From an uncultured Clostridia bacterium (lineage in GTDB: Bacteria > Bacillota > Clostridia > Christensenellales > Pumilibacteraceae): DNA of 36,119 bases. Location: NCBI GenBank assembly GCA_947090725.1, contig CAMUPJ010000001.1:1-36119 (forward strand). Reading direction: 5' to 3'. The position numbers and the translations under genes are program-made. The notes beneath the pieces were generated by a model. It saw nothing but the letters and a program-made list of their open reading frames with translations. It was not told where the DNA came from and made no database searches. Of the stretch, positions 19,193-27,561 are shown one piece after another (the first letter of the stretch is position 1; each line of letters begins with the position of its first letter).

Positions 19193-19930
19193 TTATATAT
19201 ACATGCCTCCGTCCACTTTAATCGTCTCGCCGGTCACATACCGGTTCTCGAGGAAGAATACAACGGCACGCGCTACGTCCTGCGCCTGTCCGATGGTGCC
19301 GAGCGGAATCTGCCGCTTGATGGCATCCTGTTGCTCGGCGGTAAGCGCCGCCGTCATCGCCGTATCGATAAACCCGGGCGCCACCGCATTGCACGTCACG
19401 CCGCGACTGCTCAGCTCTCTCGCCACCGTCTTGGTCATTCCGATCAATCCCGCTTTGCTGGCGGCATAGTTTGCTTGTCCGGCATTGCCCATAAGCCCCA
19501 CCACACTGCTGATATTCACGATAGCGCCGCTGCGCTGACGCATGAAATTCTGCGTCAGATGTTTGGTCATATTGAACGCACCCTTCAAGTTGACGGCGAT
19601 CACCTTGTCGAAATCCTCTTCCGTCATACGCAAGATCAGCTTGTCCGCCGTGATACCCGCGTTGTTGACCAACGCCTCTACCCCGCCGAAATCGGCCAGA
19701 ATCTTATCGCACACTGTTTTGGTCGCACCGAAATCGGCAACGTTGCACTCGTATGCTTCCGCCTTCACGCCGTAACTGCGATACTCGGTAAGCGCCGGCG
19801 TGGGGTCGGGGCCGATATACGGCACCGCAATATTCGCGCCTTTTTGCGCACACAGCGAAGCAATCGCCTGCCCGATGCCGCGCACCGCGCCGGTGACCAC
19901 CACCGTTTTTCCTTTCAAAATGCTATCCAT
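19193..19930 (-). CDS. fabG: 3-oxoacyl-ACP reductase (245 aa)
   Basis: TGAVRGIG, VNNAGIT, GNAGQANYAASKAG, VDGGM; GAGGTG RBS before ATG 19930. Confidence 0.97.
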   Translation of the reverse strand: MDSILKGKTVVVTGAVRGIGQAIASLCAQKGANIAVPYIGPDPTPALTEYRSYGVKAEAYECNVADFGATKTVCDKILADFGGVEALVNNAGITADKLILRMTEEDFDKVIAVNLKGAFNMTKHLTQNFMRQRSGAIVNISSVVGLMGNAGQANYAASKAGLIGMTKTVARELSSRGVTCNAVAPGFIDTAMTAALTAEQQDAIKRQIPLGTIGQAQDVARAVVFFLENRYVTGETIKVDGGMYI

Positions 19931-19973
19931 ACTTTGCACCTCTTCTTTTCGGTTGAATGAATTCCTTTTCTGT

Positions 19974-20825
19974 TCAGGCTTGCGGGCGGCATTTGGCCAC
20001 CAATCCCGTAAGCACTTTGCCGGGGCCGACTTCGACAAACTCGTCGATCCCCGCGGCCGTCATATGCGCGATCGTATCGGTAAAGCGCACGCAAGAACGC
20101 ATTTGCGCCGACAGTGTGGCGCGCGCTTCGTCCCCCGCCCCGTACGGCAACGCCGTCAGATTGGCGTATACCGGAATCGCGGGCGCGCGAAATTCGAAGT
20201 CACGCAAAAACGCATCGAATTGCTCCGACGCATTCCGCAAAAGCGGACAATGAAACGCTCCCGATACGCGCAACTTAATGGCTCTGCCGCCCATGCGCGC
20301 TATGATCTGCGTAAGCTTTGCTTCCTTCTCGGCCGTTACGGCAATTACCGTCTGTTGCGGCGCGTTGAAATTCGCCGCCCAGGCGTCGCCGCATTCCTGC
20401 GCCGCAAGCACCGCCTGCTCGGGCGTCAGTTTTACGGCCGCAATCATGGCGCCGCCCGTTTCGGTACATGCCTCTTCCATGAGCGCCGCGCGCTTTTCTA
20501 TGATCCGCAAGCCGTCTTGCACCGAAAAAACTCCCGCGTACACAAGCGCGGGAATTTCGCCTACCGAAAATCCGCACACCGCATCGGGTGCGCCGCTACG
20601 TTCCTCTTCGGCATAAGCGTACGCCAAATCCGCCACAAACATGCAAGGTTGCGTATGGACGGTTCGGCTCAGTTCTTCGATGGTACCGCCGCGCATGAGG
20701 TCGATGAGACCGGGATGCACGCAGTCGGCTATTTCAAACAGCTCCTTTACGCGCGGGGAAGTCAGCTCGCACGCCATGCCCGGCACTTGCGCCCCCTGCC
20801 CCGCAAACAAAAAAGCCTTTTGCAT
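19974..20825 (-). CDS. fabD: Malonyl-CoA:ACP transacylase
   Basis: FAGQGAQ, TQP, GFSVGE (catalytic Ser), VSGAFH, EVGPGKVL. Confidence 0.95.
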   Translation of the reverse strand: MQKAFLFAGQGAQVPGMACELTSPRVKELFEIADCVHPGLIDLMRGGTIEELSRTVHTQPCMFVADLAYAYAEEERSGAPDAVCGFSVGEIPALVYAGVFSVQDGLRIIEKRAALMEEACTETGGAMIAAVKLTPEQAVLAAQECGDAWAANFNAPQQTVIAVTAEKEAKLTQIIARMGGRAIKLRVSGAFHCPLLRNASEQFDAFLRDFEFRAPAIPVYANLTALPYGAGDEARATLSAQMRSCVRFTDTIAHMTAAGIDEFVEVGPGKVLTGLVAKCRPQA

Positions 20826-20826
20826 A

Positions 20827-21045
20827 TTATTTCAGTTCGTCGATTTTGGCCGCAAGTTCGCCCACGGTAGCCACGGCTACGTCGTCGCCCAACGTCACGC
20901 CGAATTTCTCTTCTACCTGCATCATAAGATCCACTTTATCCAACGAGTCAAAGCCGAGATCTTCGAAAGTCGTATCGGCGGTGATATTCAGCGTTTCGCC
21001 CTTGTATTCGTTTACGATTTCGCCCAAAGTTTTCAAAGTTTCCAT
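20827..21045 (-). CDS. acpP: Acyl carrier protein (72 aa)
   Basis: DLGFDSLD phosphopantetheine site; AAGGAG RBS before ATG 21045. Confidence 0.95.
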   Translation of the reverse strand: METLKTLGEIVNEYKGETLNITADTTFEDLGFDSLDKVDLMMQVEEKFGVTLGDDVAVATVGELAAKIDELK

Positions 21046-21132
21046 AGTTGTTTCTCCTTTTTGTACCGTTCGGCACGTTTGATTCGTTTTTGATTTATCC
21101 AAGTAACCGCACGCGGGGATTCCGCGCCCGAG

Positions 21133-22092
21133 TTATTTGTTCCACGTTATAATCGCCGCGGCGGCCGTCATACCGGCGCCGAACGCGACGAACAGAAGTT
21201 TATCGCCCTTTTTGAATGTACCGGCACGGGCATTCTCGTCCAAAAGCACGGGAATGGAAGTTGCCGACATATTGCCGTAAGAAGCAATATTGGTAAGCAC
21301 CTTATGCTCGGGAATATCGAAACGCTTACGCGCCGCTTCTATAATGCGGATGTTTGCTTGGTGCGGCAGTACGTAATCGATATCGCAGATGCCGAGTCCC
21401 GCCTTTTGCAGTACCGCTTCGATCTGCTCTCCCATTACGGTCACGGCAAATTTATACGTCTCTTTGCCGTCCATATTGAGCGCCACTTTGCGCGCTTCCC
21501 GCGTGGAAAAGATGCTTTTCCCTTCGTAAGACGGGGTAAAAATCGTCTTGCCGTTGGGAGCGCCCACCATTTCGTGCGCCAACAGTCCCTTGCCTTTTTT
21601 CAGCACCATCGCCGCCGCACCGTCGCCGAACAGCACGCACGTGCCGCGGTCGGTCCAGTCGATCTGCTTGCTCATCGCCTCGCAGGAAAGGAGCAACACG
21701 GTACTCGCCTTGCCGGTCGCCACAAACGCATCGATGATCCCGAAGCTGTACAGTACGGCGCTGCACGCCGCGTTCACGTCGAAACAGGGCGCCGTTATCC
21801 CCAGCTCCGCCGCCGTAAGACAAGCTTGCGAAGGCGTAATCGTGTCGCCGCGCATCGTAGCGCAAATCACGAGATCCACCGCCGAAGGCGCCACGCCGGC
21901 ATCCTCGAGCGCCTTGCGCGCCGCATCGGCAGAAAGCTCCGTCAGGGTTTCGTCGGTCAACACCCGACGGTTGCGTATACCGGTCCGCGTGCGAACCCAT
22001 TCGTCGTTTGTCTCGACGACTTTGCCCAAATCGTCGTTGGAAACGATCTTTTTCGGAAGCGCGCTTCCCGTTCCCGCGATATAAAAGCTCAT
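21133..22092 (-). CDS. fabH: Beta-ketoacyl-ACP synthase III
   Basis: RTGI..RR, NAACS, LFGDGA, PHQANIRII, YGNMSA, FGAG. Confidence 0.97.
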   Translation of the reverse strand: MSFYIAGTGSALPKKIVSNDDLGKVVETNDEWVRTRTGIRNRRVLTDETLTELSADAARKALEDAGVAPSAVDLVICATMRGDTITPSQACLTAAELGITAPCFDVNAACSAVLYSFGIIDAFVATGKASTVLLLSCEAMSKQIDWTDRGTCVLFGDGAAAMVLKKGKGLLAHEMVGAPNGKTIFTPSYEGKSIFSTREARKVALNMDGKETYKFAVTVMGEQIEAVLQKAGLGICDIDYVLPHQANIRIIEAARKRFDIPEHKVLTNIASYGNMSATSIPVLLDENARAGTFKKGDKLLFVAFGAGMTAAAAIITWNK

Positions 22093-22165
22093 GAATAGAA
22101 CTTGTCCTTGCTTAAATTTTCACGCCGAACCGTACCGAAAAAGGTACACACCCGTCGCTTATTAT

Positions 22166-22194
22166 ATTATATAAATGCTACTACATTATGTCAA
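22166..22194 (-). promoter_or_regulatory. sigmaA promoter of the fab/acc operon
   Basis: TTGACA-17 bp-TATAAT, perfect consensus. Confidence 0.82.
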
Positions 22195-22357
22195 CCGTAT
22201 TTCCCGTTTTTTTTGCTTTTTGCCTTTATTTTCCCACAATTTCCCCTTGGGAATGGACGGTTTTGCCGCGTTTTCCGCTTTTTGCGCGTTTTTCCCGTAA
22301 TGGCAAAAGAAAAAATTTTAACGAATTTTTAATTTATCCGCAAAACGCGCAAACAGA

Positions 22358-22386
22358 TTGATTTTATAAGAAAATGGGAGTATACT
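22358..22386 (+). promoter_or_regulatory. sigmaA promoter of fprA
   Basis: TTGATT-17 bp-TATACT; GGAGG RBS downstream. Confidence 0.7.
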
Positions 22387-22416
22387 ATAGGCGAAAATAT
22401 CGGGAGGTTCCTATTC

Positions 22417-23529
22417 ATGCCCTATCGCACAGCGCAACAAATTGCCGACGGCGTATATGCCGTGGGCGCCGCAGCCCCGCAAGCAACCCGCTTTCACGGT
22501 TATCACGTAAGCCAAGGCGTGACTTTCAACGCCTATCTCGTAGCGGGCAACGACGGAAAATACACGCTTATAGACACCGTACACGCAGACCATGCGCAAG
22601 AACTGCTTGCCCGCATCGCATCGGTCACCGATCCCCGCAACGTAGAGACGATCATCGTCAATCACACCGAGCCGGATCACAGCGGCGCTTTTGCCACGAT
22701 CCGAAAAGCCACGCAAGCCAAAACCGTTTACGCCACGCAGGCGGCCGCAAAATTTCTGCAATCGCTGTACGGCGCAACCGACGTGACGGTTGTCAAGAGC
22801 GGCGACGAGGTCACCTTGGGCGGAAGGGTATACAAATTTCTCTGCACTCCCATGGTGCATTGGCCGGACAACATGGTCACCTATCTCCCTGCCGAGCAGA
22901 TTCTTTTCAGCAACGACGCGTTCGGCCAGCATTATGCTACCCAATCGGCGCTCGACACACAAAACAACGTGTGCGACGCCGTCACGCAAGCGCAACATTA
23001 TTTTGCCAATATCGTGATGCCGTACCGCACACCCGCCGCCAAAGCGGTGGAAGCGGCGCTCTCGCTCCCGCTTCGCATGATTGCGCCGTCGCACGGCGTG
23101 ATCTGGACGGAAAATATCGGGCGCATCGGGAAATTGTACAAAGCGCTTTGCGCGGGCGAAACCACCTGCGCCACACTTGTATACGACTCGATGTGGGGCG
23201 GCACGGCGGCACGGGCGCAAGAAGCGTACGACGAACTGCATAAGATCCATTCGGTGATTTACACTTTCGATTTACGCAAAGACCACACAAGCGACGTGAT
23301 GGCGAAGCTTGCCGTGAGCAGTCACGTGTGTATCGGCTCCCCCACCTACAACGGGTATCCCACTCCGCATATCAGCACATTGGTCGCCGAAATCGAAGCG
23401 CTCAAGCCGCCGCTTACGGAATACTCGCTGTTCGGCACTTTCGGCTGGGGTGGCGGCGCCGCCAAAAAACTGACCGAAAAACTCGATGCGCTCGGTTTGG
23501 TGAAAAAATTCGATCTGACCCATGCTTAG
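22417..23529 (+). CDS. fprA: Flavodiiron protein (A-type flavoprotein, O2/NO reductase), C-terminus apparently shortened (370 aa)
   Basis: NHTEPDHSG, VHWPD, FSNDAFGQH and PSHG di-iron ligands; flavodoxin domain YDSMWGGT, GSPT, FGTFGWGGGA. Confidence 0.93.
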   Translation: MPYRTAQQIADGVYAVGAAAPQATRFHGYHVSQGVTFNAYLVAGNDGKYTLIDTVHADHAQELLARIASVTDPRNVETIIVNHTEPDHSGAFATIRKATQAKTVYATQAAAKFLQSLYGATDVTVVKSGDEVTLGGRVYKFLCTPMVHWPDNMVTYLPAEQILFSNDAFGQHYATQSALDTQNNVCDAVTQAQHYFANIVMPYRTPAAKAVEAALSLPLRMIAPSHGVIWTENIGRIGKLYKALCAGETTCATLVYDSMWGGTAARAQEAYDELHKIHSVIYTFDLRKDHTSDVMAKLAVSSHVCIGSPTYNGYPTPHISTLVAEIEALKPPLTEYSLFGTFGWGGGAAKKLTEKLDALGLVKKFDLTHA

Positions 23530-23810
23530 TGGCAAGGTCACAATTCCGGGTGGCAAGGCCACGATTTCAGGCATGCTTAATCGATTCACTCGGCTTTAAG
23601 CACATATTTATTCGACCGTAATACCACAAGTGGCAAGGCCACGATTCCGGGTGGCAAGACCACAATTTCAGGCAAGCTTAATCGATTCACTCGGCTTTAA
23701 GCACATATCCGTCCGACCGTAATTCCCTAAGTGGCAAGGCCACGATTTCAGGCATGCTTAATCGATTCACTCGGCTTTAAGCACATATCCGTCCGACCGT
23801 AAAAGCATAA
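23529..23810 (+). repeat. Mosaic tandem repeat array A-A-B/A-A-B/A-B (A = 21 bp x5, B = 59 bp x3; 101-bp period)
   Basis: A (GTGGCAAGRYCACRATTYCRG) starts at 23529, 23550, 23630, 23651 and 23731. B (GCAWGCTTAATCGATTCACTCGGCTTTAAGCACATAT...CGACCGTAA-N6-AA) starts at 23571, 23672 and 23752. Confidence 0.95.
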
Positions 23811-23842
23811 CGCCCCGTAATCTTGCGGGGCGTTTGTCGTTT
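23809..23842 (+). terminator. Intrinsic terminator after fprA and the repeat array
   Basis: AACGCCCCGTAA-tc-TTGCGGGGCGTT followed by a T-rich tail. Confidence 0.75.
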
Positions 23843-23887
23843 CGTCGGTTCCTCTTTGCTTATCAATACCCTTTTTTTCTTTTTATA

Positions 23888-23912
23888 CAAAAAGCATATC
23901 TTTCGATATGCT
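23888..23912 (-). terminator. Intrinsic terminator of the Na/Pi-rbsK-PHP operon
   Basis: Minus strand AGCATATC-GAAA-GATATGCT-TTTT. Confidence 0.7.
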
Positions 23913-23944
23913 CCTTTCGGGTAACGTTCGCTATCGGTTACCGG

Positions 23945-24619
23945 TCATCGGATGAAAATTTCGGGGCGGGGATGCGCGCGAAGAAACCGTGCAAACCCTT
24001 TGGCGTCCTTCACGTCATCGGGCACTATCGTCGCGGCAATGCCCGCCTGGTGCGTATAGTGAAAATCACTGCCGCACACAAGCATCAGATTGTGTTTGTC
24101 GGCAAACTCGCGCACTTCGTCTTCGTGGCGTAAAAAATACGGGTGACAGTTGATCTCGGTTCCGTCGAGATATTCGGGGTCTTGCGGAAAGTGTCCCTGC
24201 TCGGCACGGAACGGATGCGACTGAAACATGAGCACATCGTTATCGTGACAGATTTTGTACAGCACGGCCTGCGACTTATCGTACAGGCAGGGGTTCGCAC
24301 GCAAAAAGTCCTCGTCGATACCGTACAGCAAGAACTCTATATACGGACTTTCGGGAGTGGAAATCGCCACTTCGGCGCCCAGCAAAACGGGCAATCCGAG
24401 CGCGTCTCCCGCCGCTTTGGCCTTGCGGTATTCGCCCAAATAGATTTCGATCTGTTTTTCCCACGTGTCGCCGTAGCGAAACATATAGATGCGGGAATAG
24501 TGGTTGGTGAGTATCACCGCGCCATAACCGGCGTTCCGGTATGCCGCCGCAAATTCTTCGGGCGACACTTCGCTGCAAAAACTGACGCCGCTCGTGTGGG
24601 TGTGCGTATCGATTTTCAT
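23945..24619 (-). CDS. PHP-domain metal-dependent phosphoesterase
   Basis: DTHTHT, LTNH, GAE, SHPFR, GSDFH. Confidence 0.92.
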   Translation of the reverse strand: MKIDTHTHTSGVSFCSEVSPEEFAAAYRNAGYGAVILTNHYSRIYMFRYGDTWEKQIEIYLGEYRKAKAAGDALGLPVLLGAEVAISTPESPYIEFLLYGIDEDFLRANPCLYDKSQAVLYKICHDNDVLMFQSHPFRAEQGHFPQDPEYLDGTEINCHPYFLRHEDEVREFADKHNLMLVCGSDFHYTHQAGIAATIVPDDVKDAKGFARFLRAHPRPEIFIR

Positions 24620-24666
24620 ACTTCCTCTCTTTTTTGTACCGAAGGAATACCGTCGGGGTGTTCTGT

Positions 24667-25581
24667 TTATACCGTTTTACGGTGTTTTACGAATTCTTCC
24701 ACTTCGGCCATTGTGGGAATCGCACTCGCGGCGCCGCGGCGTGTGATTTTGAGCGCGCTTGCCGCAACCGCAAATTTTGCCGCCGTAGGCAAGTCGGCGC
24801 CCGCCGCCAGCTTGAGCGCCACTGCGCCCACAAAGGTATCGCCCGCCGCCGTCGTATCCACCGCATCGACGGTATACGCGGGAATCAACGTGATTTCCTG
24901 CCCTACCGCAACGGCGCTTCCTTGGGCGCCGAGCGTAATGACGACGTTGCTTGCCCCGAGCGCGCGGAATTTTTTGACCGCCAAAGCAATGTTCACCTCA
25001 CAGTCGGGCACGATACCGGTCAGAATTTCCGTTTCGGTCTCGTTGGGCGTAATGATTTCCGCATTTTCGTAGACGGAAGCGGGTAGAGGCGCGGCGGGCG
25101 CGGGATTGAGAACCGTCACCATACCTTTACTGCGCGCCACGCGCAAAGCGCACTCCACCGCAGCAAGCGGCACTTCGAGTTGTACCAGCAAGATGTCTCC
25201 CGCCTTGGCGGAAGCCAAGCCGAGGAGCACGTCTTCTTCGGTCAGTTTGGCGTTGGCGCCCGCGCACACAACAATGCGGTTGTTGCCCCCTTCCACCCAG
25301 ATCATTGCCGTTCCGCTCGGTCCGTCGGCACAAGTCACGGAATCGGTGCGCACGCCGAACGCATGCAGGTTTTCGCGCATCTGCGCGCCGAACGCATCTT
25401 CGCCCACTTTACCGACCATTGCGCAATCCCCGCCCAGTTTGGCGACGGCCGTCGCCTGATTGGCGCCTTTGCCGCCGAGATTCAAAAGAACCGAGTCCGC
25501 GATGACCGTTTCGCCCGCCTTGGGGAACTTATGTAAAGCGGCCGCCATATCCATATTGAGGCTGCCCACTACGTAGATCAT
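24667..25581 (-). CDS. rbsK: Ribokinase (PfkB family)
   Basis: VVGSLNMD, GGKGANQA, LNPAPA, PNETE, DTTAAGDTF. Confidence 0.93.
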   Translation of the reverse strand: MIYVVGSLNMDMAAALHKFPKAGETVIADSVLLNLGGKGANQATAVAKLGGDCAMVGKVGEDAFGAQMRENLHAFGVRTDSVTCADGPSGTAMIWVEGGNNRIVVCAGANAKLTEEDVLLGLASAKAGDILLVQLEVPLAAVECALRVARSKGMVTVLNPAPAAPLPASVYENAEIITPNETETEILTGIVPDCEVNIALAVKKFRALGASNVVITLGAQGSAVAVGQEITLIPAYTVDAVDTTAAGDTFVGAVALKLAAGADLPTAAKFAVAASALKITRRGAASAIPTMAEVEEFVKHRKTV

Positions 25582-27284
25582 TGCACTTCCTCCTTAGACG
25601 CATGATGCTTTTTGGCCTGTTCGCGCGCGATCTTTTCCATTGCTTCCATTTGCGAACCCGACGGGCTCTTGATACTGAACGCCACGTTGGTCAAGTGATC
25701 TGCCACACGTTCGAGCGCCGCAATGATGGTATTGAAGTGCGTACCGCATTCCACCGAGCAATTGCCGCTGTTAAGCCGCGCGATATGGTTGTTCCCCAAC
25801 ACTTTTTTGAGCATATCCACTTCCGACTCGAGATCGGAGATTTCCTTAAGTCCGCGCGTATCACGGTTTTCGAAAACGCTCATACTGCGCTCGAACATGT
25901 AAAGGACTTTGGCGTACATGTTTTTCAGTTCGTCCAACGCGTCGTCGGAAAACACAATGCCGTTTTCCTGCATTTCGATGGCTTCTTCCAAAAAGTTTTC
26001 GGCATGGTCGCCGATACGCTCGATATCGCTGATCACGTGGTGCAAAGCGCCCACAAGCTTTTCGTCGCTGCGCGGCAGATTAAGCGACGCCATTTTGATA
26101 AGGTACCGCGCCACGCCTTTATTGACAAAGTTGATCTTTTCTTCGGTCTGCAAAATCTTTTCACGCTCGGTAAGCGAACCGTCCACGATACATTGAAAAC
26201 CGCGGTCGAGGTTTTCCTGCGCCATCTGGCCCATGTGCGATACTTCCTTGAGCACCTGCGCCACCGCAATGGGCGGGGTATGCAGAATGCGGTCGTCTAT
26301 GTAATACATCTTGGGCGCACTGTCGTCTTTTTTATCGCGCACCAACAGTGTGGCCAATCGTGTGAGCGGCTTCATAAACGGAATAAGCAGTGCGGTTGTA
26401 ATCACGTTGAAAAGCACGTGGAACAGCGCGACCTGCATTTGTTCGCTACCCGACATCATCGCCAACAAATGTACCGCTTGCCGCTTGAATATCCATATAA
26501 ACGTAGTAAACAGCACGGTGCCTATGGCGTTGAACAGCAAATGGATTACCGCCGTTCGTTTGGCGTTGGTGCTTGCCCCGAACGACGCCAAAATGGCGGT
26601 GACGCACGTACCGATATTGGTCCCCAGCACAACAAACAACGCGCTCTCCATGGGAATAATGTGCGCACCCGTCATGGTCACCACAATGGCCGTCATGGCC
26701 GCCGAAGACTGAAACAGTGCGGTACACACGATGCCGATCAAAATGAGCACCAACGGAAAATCCACTTTACGGAACACCGTATGGAGCGTCGAAGAAATTT
26801 TTTCCGACTTAAACGCGTCGCTCATAAAGGTAAGGCCCACAAACATCAGCCCCAAACCGGTAATCGCCGAACCGATCTTTTTTACCGTATCGTTTTTTGT
26901 CACCATGGTCATGACCACGCCCACAAAGGCAAGGATCGCCATGTACGTGCTCAGACTGAACCCCGAAAGCGCAATGATCACGCCGGTAAGCGTGGTGCCT
27001 ATATTGGCCCCCATGATGATGGCCGTAGCCTGCAACAGCGTCATGAGTCCCGCATTGACGAAACCGATGACCATCACGGTGGTGGCCGCCGACGAACTTA
27101 CGAGAATGGTTGCAACCGCCCCCACGCCGATACTGGCGAAACGGTTGTTGCTGATCTTACCGAAGAGCTTGCGCATACTGCTACCCGCGCTTCGCTCCAG
27201 TCCGTCGCTGAGCATTTTCATGCCCGTCATTAAAACGCCGAGACCTGCCAAAAGCATGGTAACCGATACAATCAACTGCGTCAT
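25578..27284 (-). CDS. Na/Pi cotransporter family protein with C-terminal PhoU domains
   Basis: SSSAATT/QSSAA repeats, MGANIGTT, GTNIGTC, DIERIGDHAEN, LERVADHLTN. Confidence 0.93.
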   Translation of the reverse strand: MTQLIVSVTMLLAGLGVLMTGMKMLSDGLERSAGSSMRKLFGKISNNRFASIGVGAVATILVSSSAATTVMVIGFVNAGLMTLLQATAIIMGANIGTTLTGVIIALSGFSLSTYMAILAFVGVVMTMVTKNDTVKKIGSAITGLGLMFVGLTFMSDAFKSEKISSTLHTVFRKVDFPLVLILIGIVCTALFQSSAAMTAIVVTMTGAHIIPMESALFVVLGTNIGTCVTAILASFGASTNAKRTAVIHLLFNAIGTVLFTTFIWIFKRQAVHLLAMMSGSEQMQVALFHVLFNVITTALLIPFMKPLTRLATLLVRDKKDDSAPKMYYIDDRILHTPPIAVAQVLKEVSHMGQMAQENLDRGFQCIVDGSLTEREKILQTEEKINFVNKGVARYLIKMASLNLPRSDEKLVGALHHVISDIERIGDHAENFLEEAIEMQENGIVFSDDALDELKNMYAKVLYMFERSMSVFENRDTRGLKEISDLESEVDMLKKVLGNNHIARLNSGNCSVECGTHFNTIIAALERVADHLTNVAFSIKSPSGSQMEAMEKIAREQAKKHHASKEEVQ

Positions 27285-27362
27285 AATTCCTCTTTATCGG
27301 GAGCGCGCCGCACATTGCGGATTCCCGAATTATGTAATGCGGCGGCAAACTCCACCGTTACT

Positions 27363-27391
27363 ATTCTACCCTACCGCCGTCATCTTGTCAA
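27363..27391 (-). promoter_or_regulatory. sigmaA promoter of the Na/Pi-rbsK-PHP operon
   Basis: TTGACA-17 bp-TAGAAT. Confidence 0.75.
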
Positions 27392-27443
27392 GCAAGTGAA
27401 TATTATACTCTCGCCGAGAGTGCGTCGCACGCGGGCATTCCGC

Positions 27444-27476
27444 AAAAAAAACGCCGTCCGCAAAGGTCGACGTTTT
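27444..27476 (-). terminator. Terminator downstream of purF
   Basis: Minus strand AAAACGTCGACC-tttgc-GGACGGCG-T8. Confidence 0.65.
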
Positions 27477-27561
27477 GCCGATAACATATTCGGTTTTTAT
27501 AACGAGACTTGCCGACTGCGATGCACAACGTGTCTCGACGCAAAAACGACTGCGTTACGAT

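Noticed and set aside
20550-20580. FabD motif GFSVG instead of GHSxG
   Set aside because: The catalytic Ser, Arg and His motifs are retained and the operon context is canonical, so I treated it as ordinary variation.
23529-23810. CRISPR array or type III toxin-antitoxin interpretation of the repeat array
   Set aside because: The intervening sequences are themselves repeated (no unique 25-45 bp spacers), there are no cas genes, and no toxin ORF follows the terminator.
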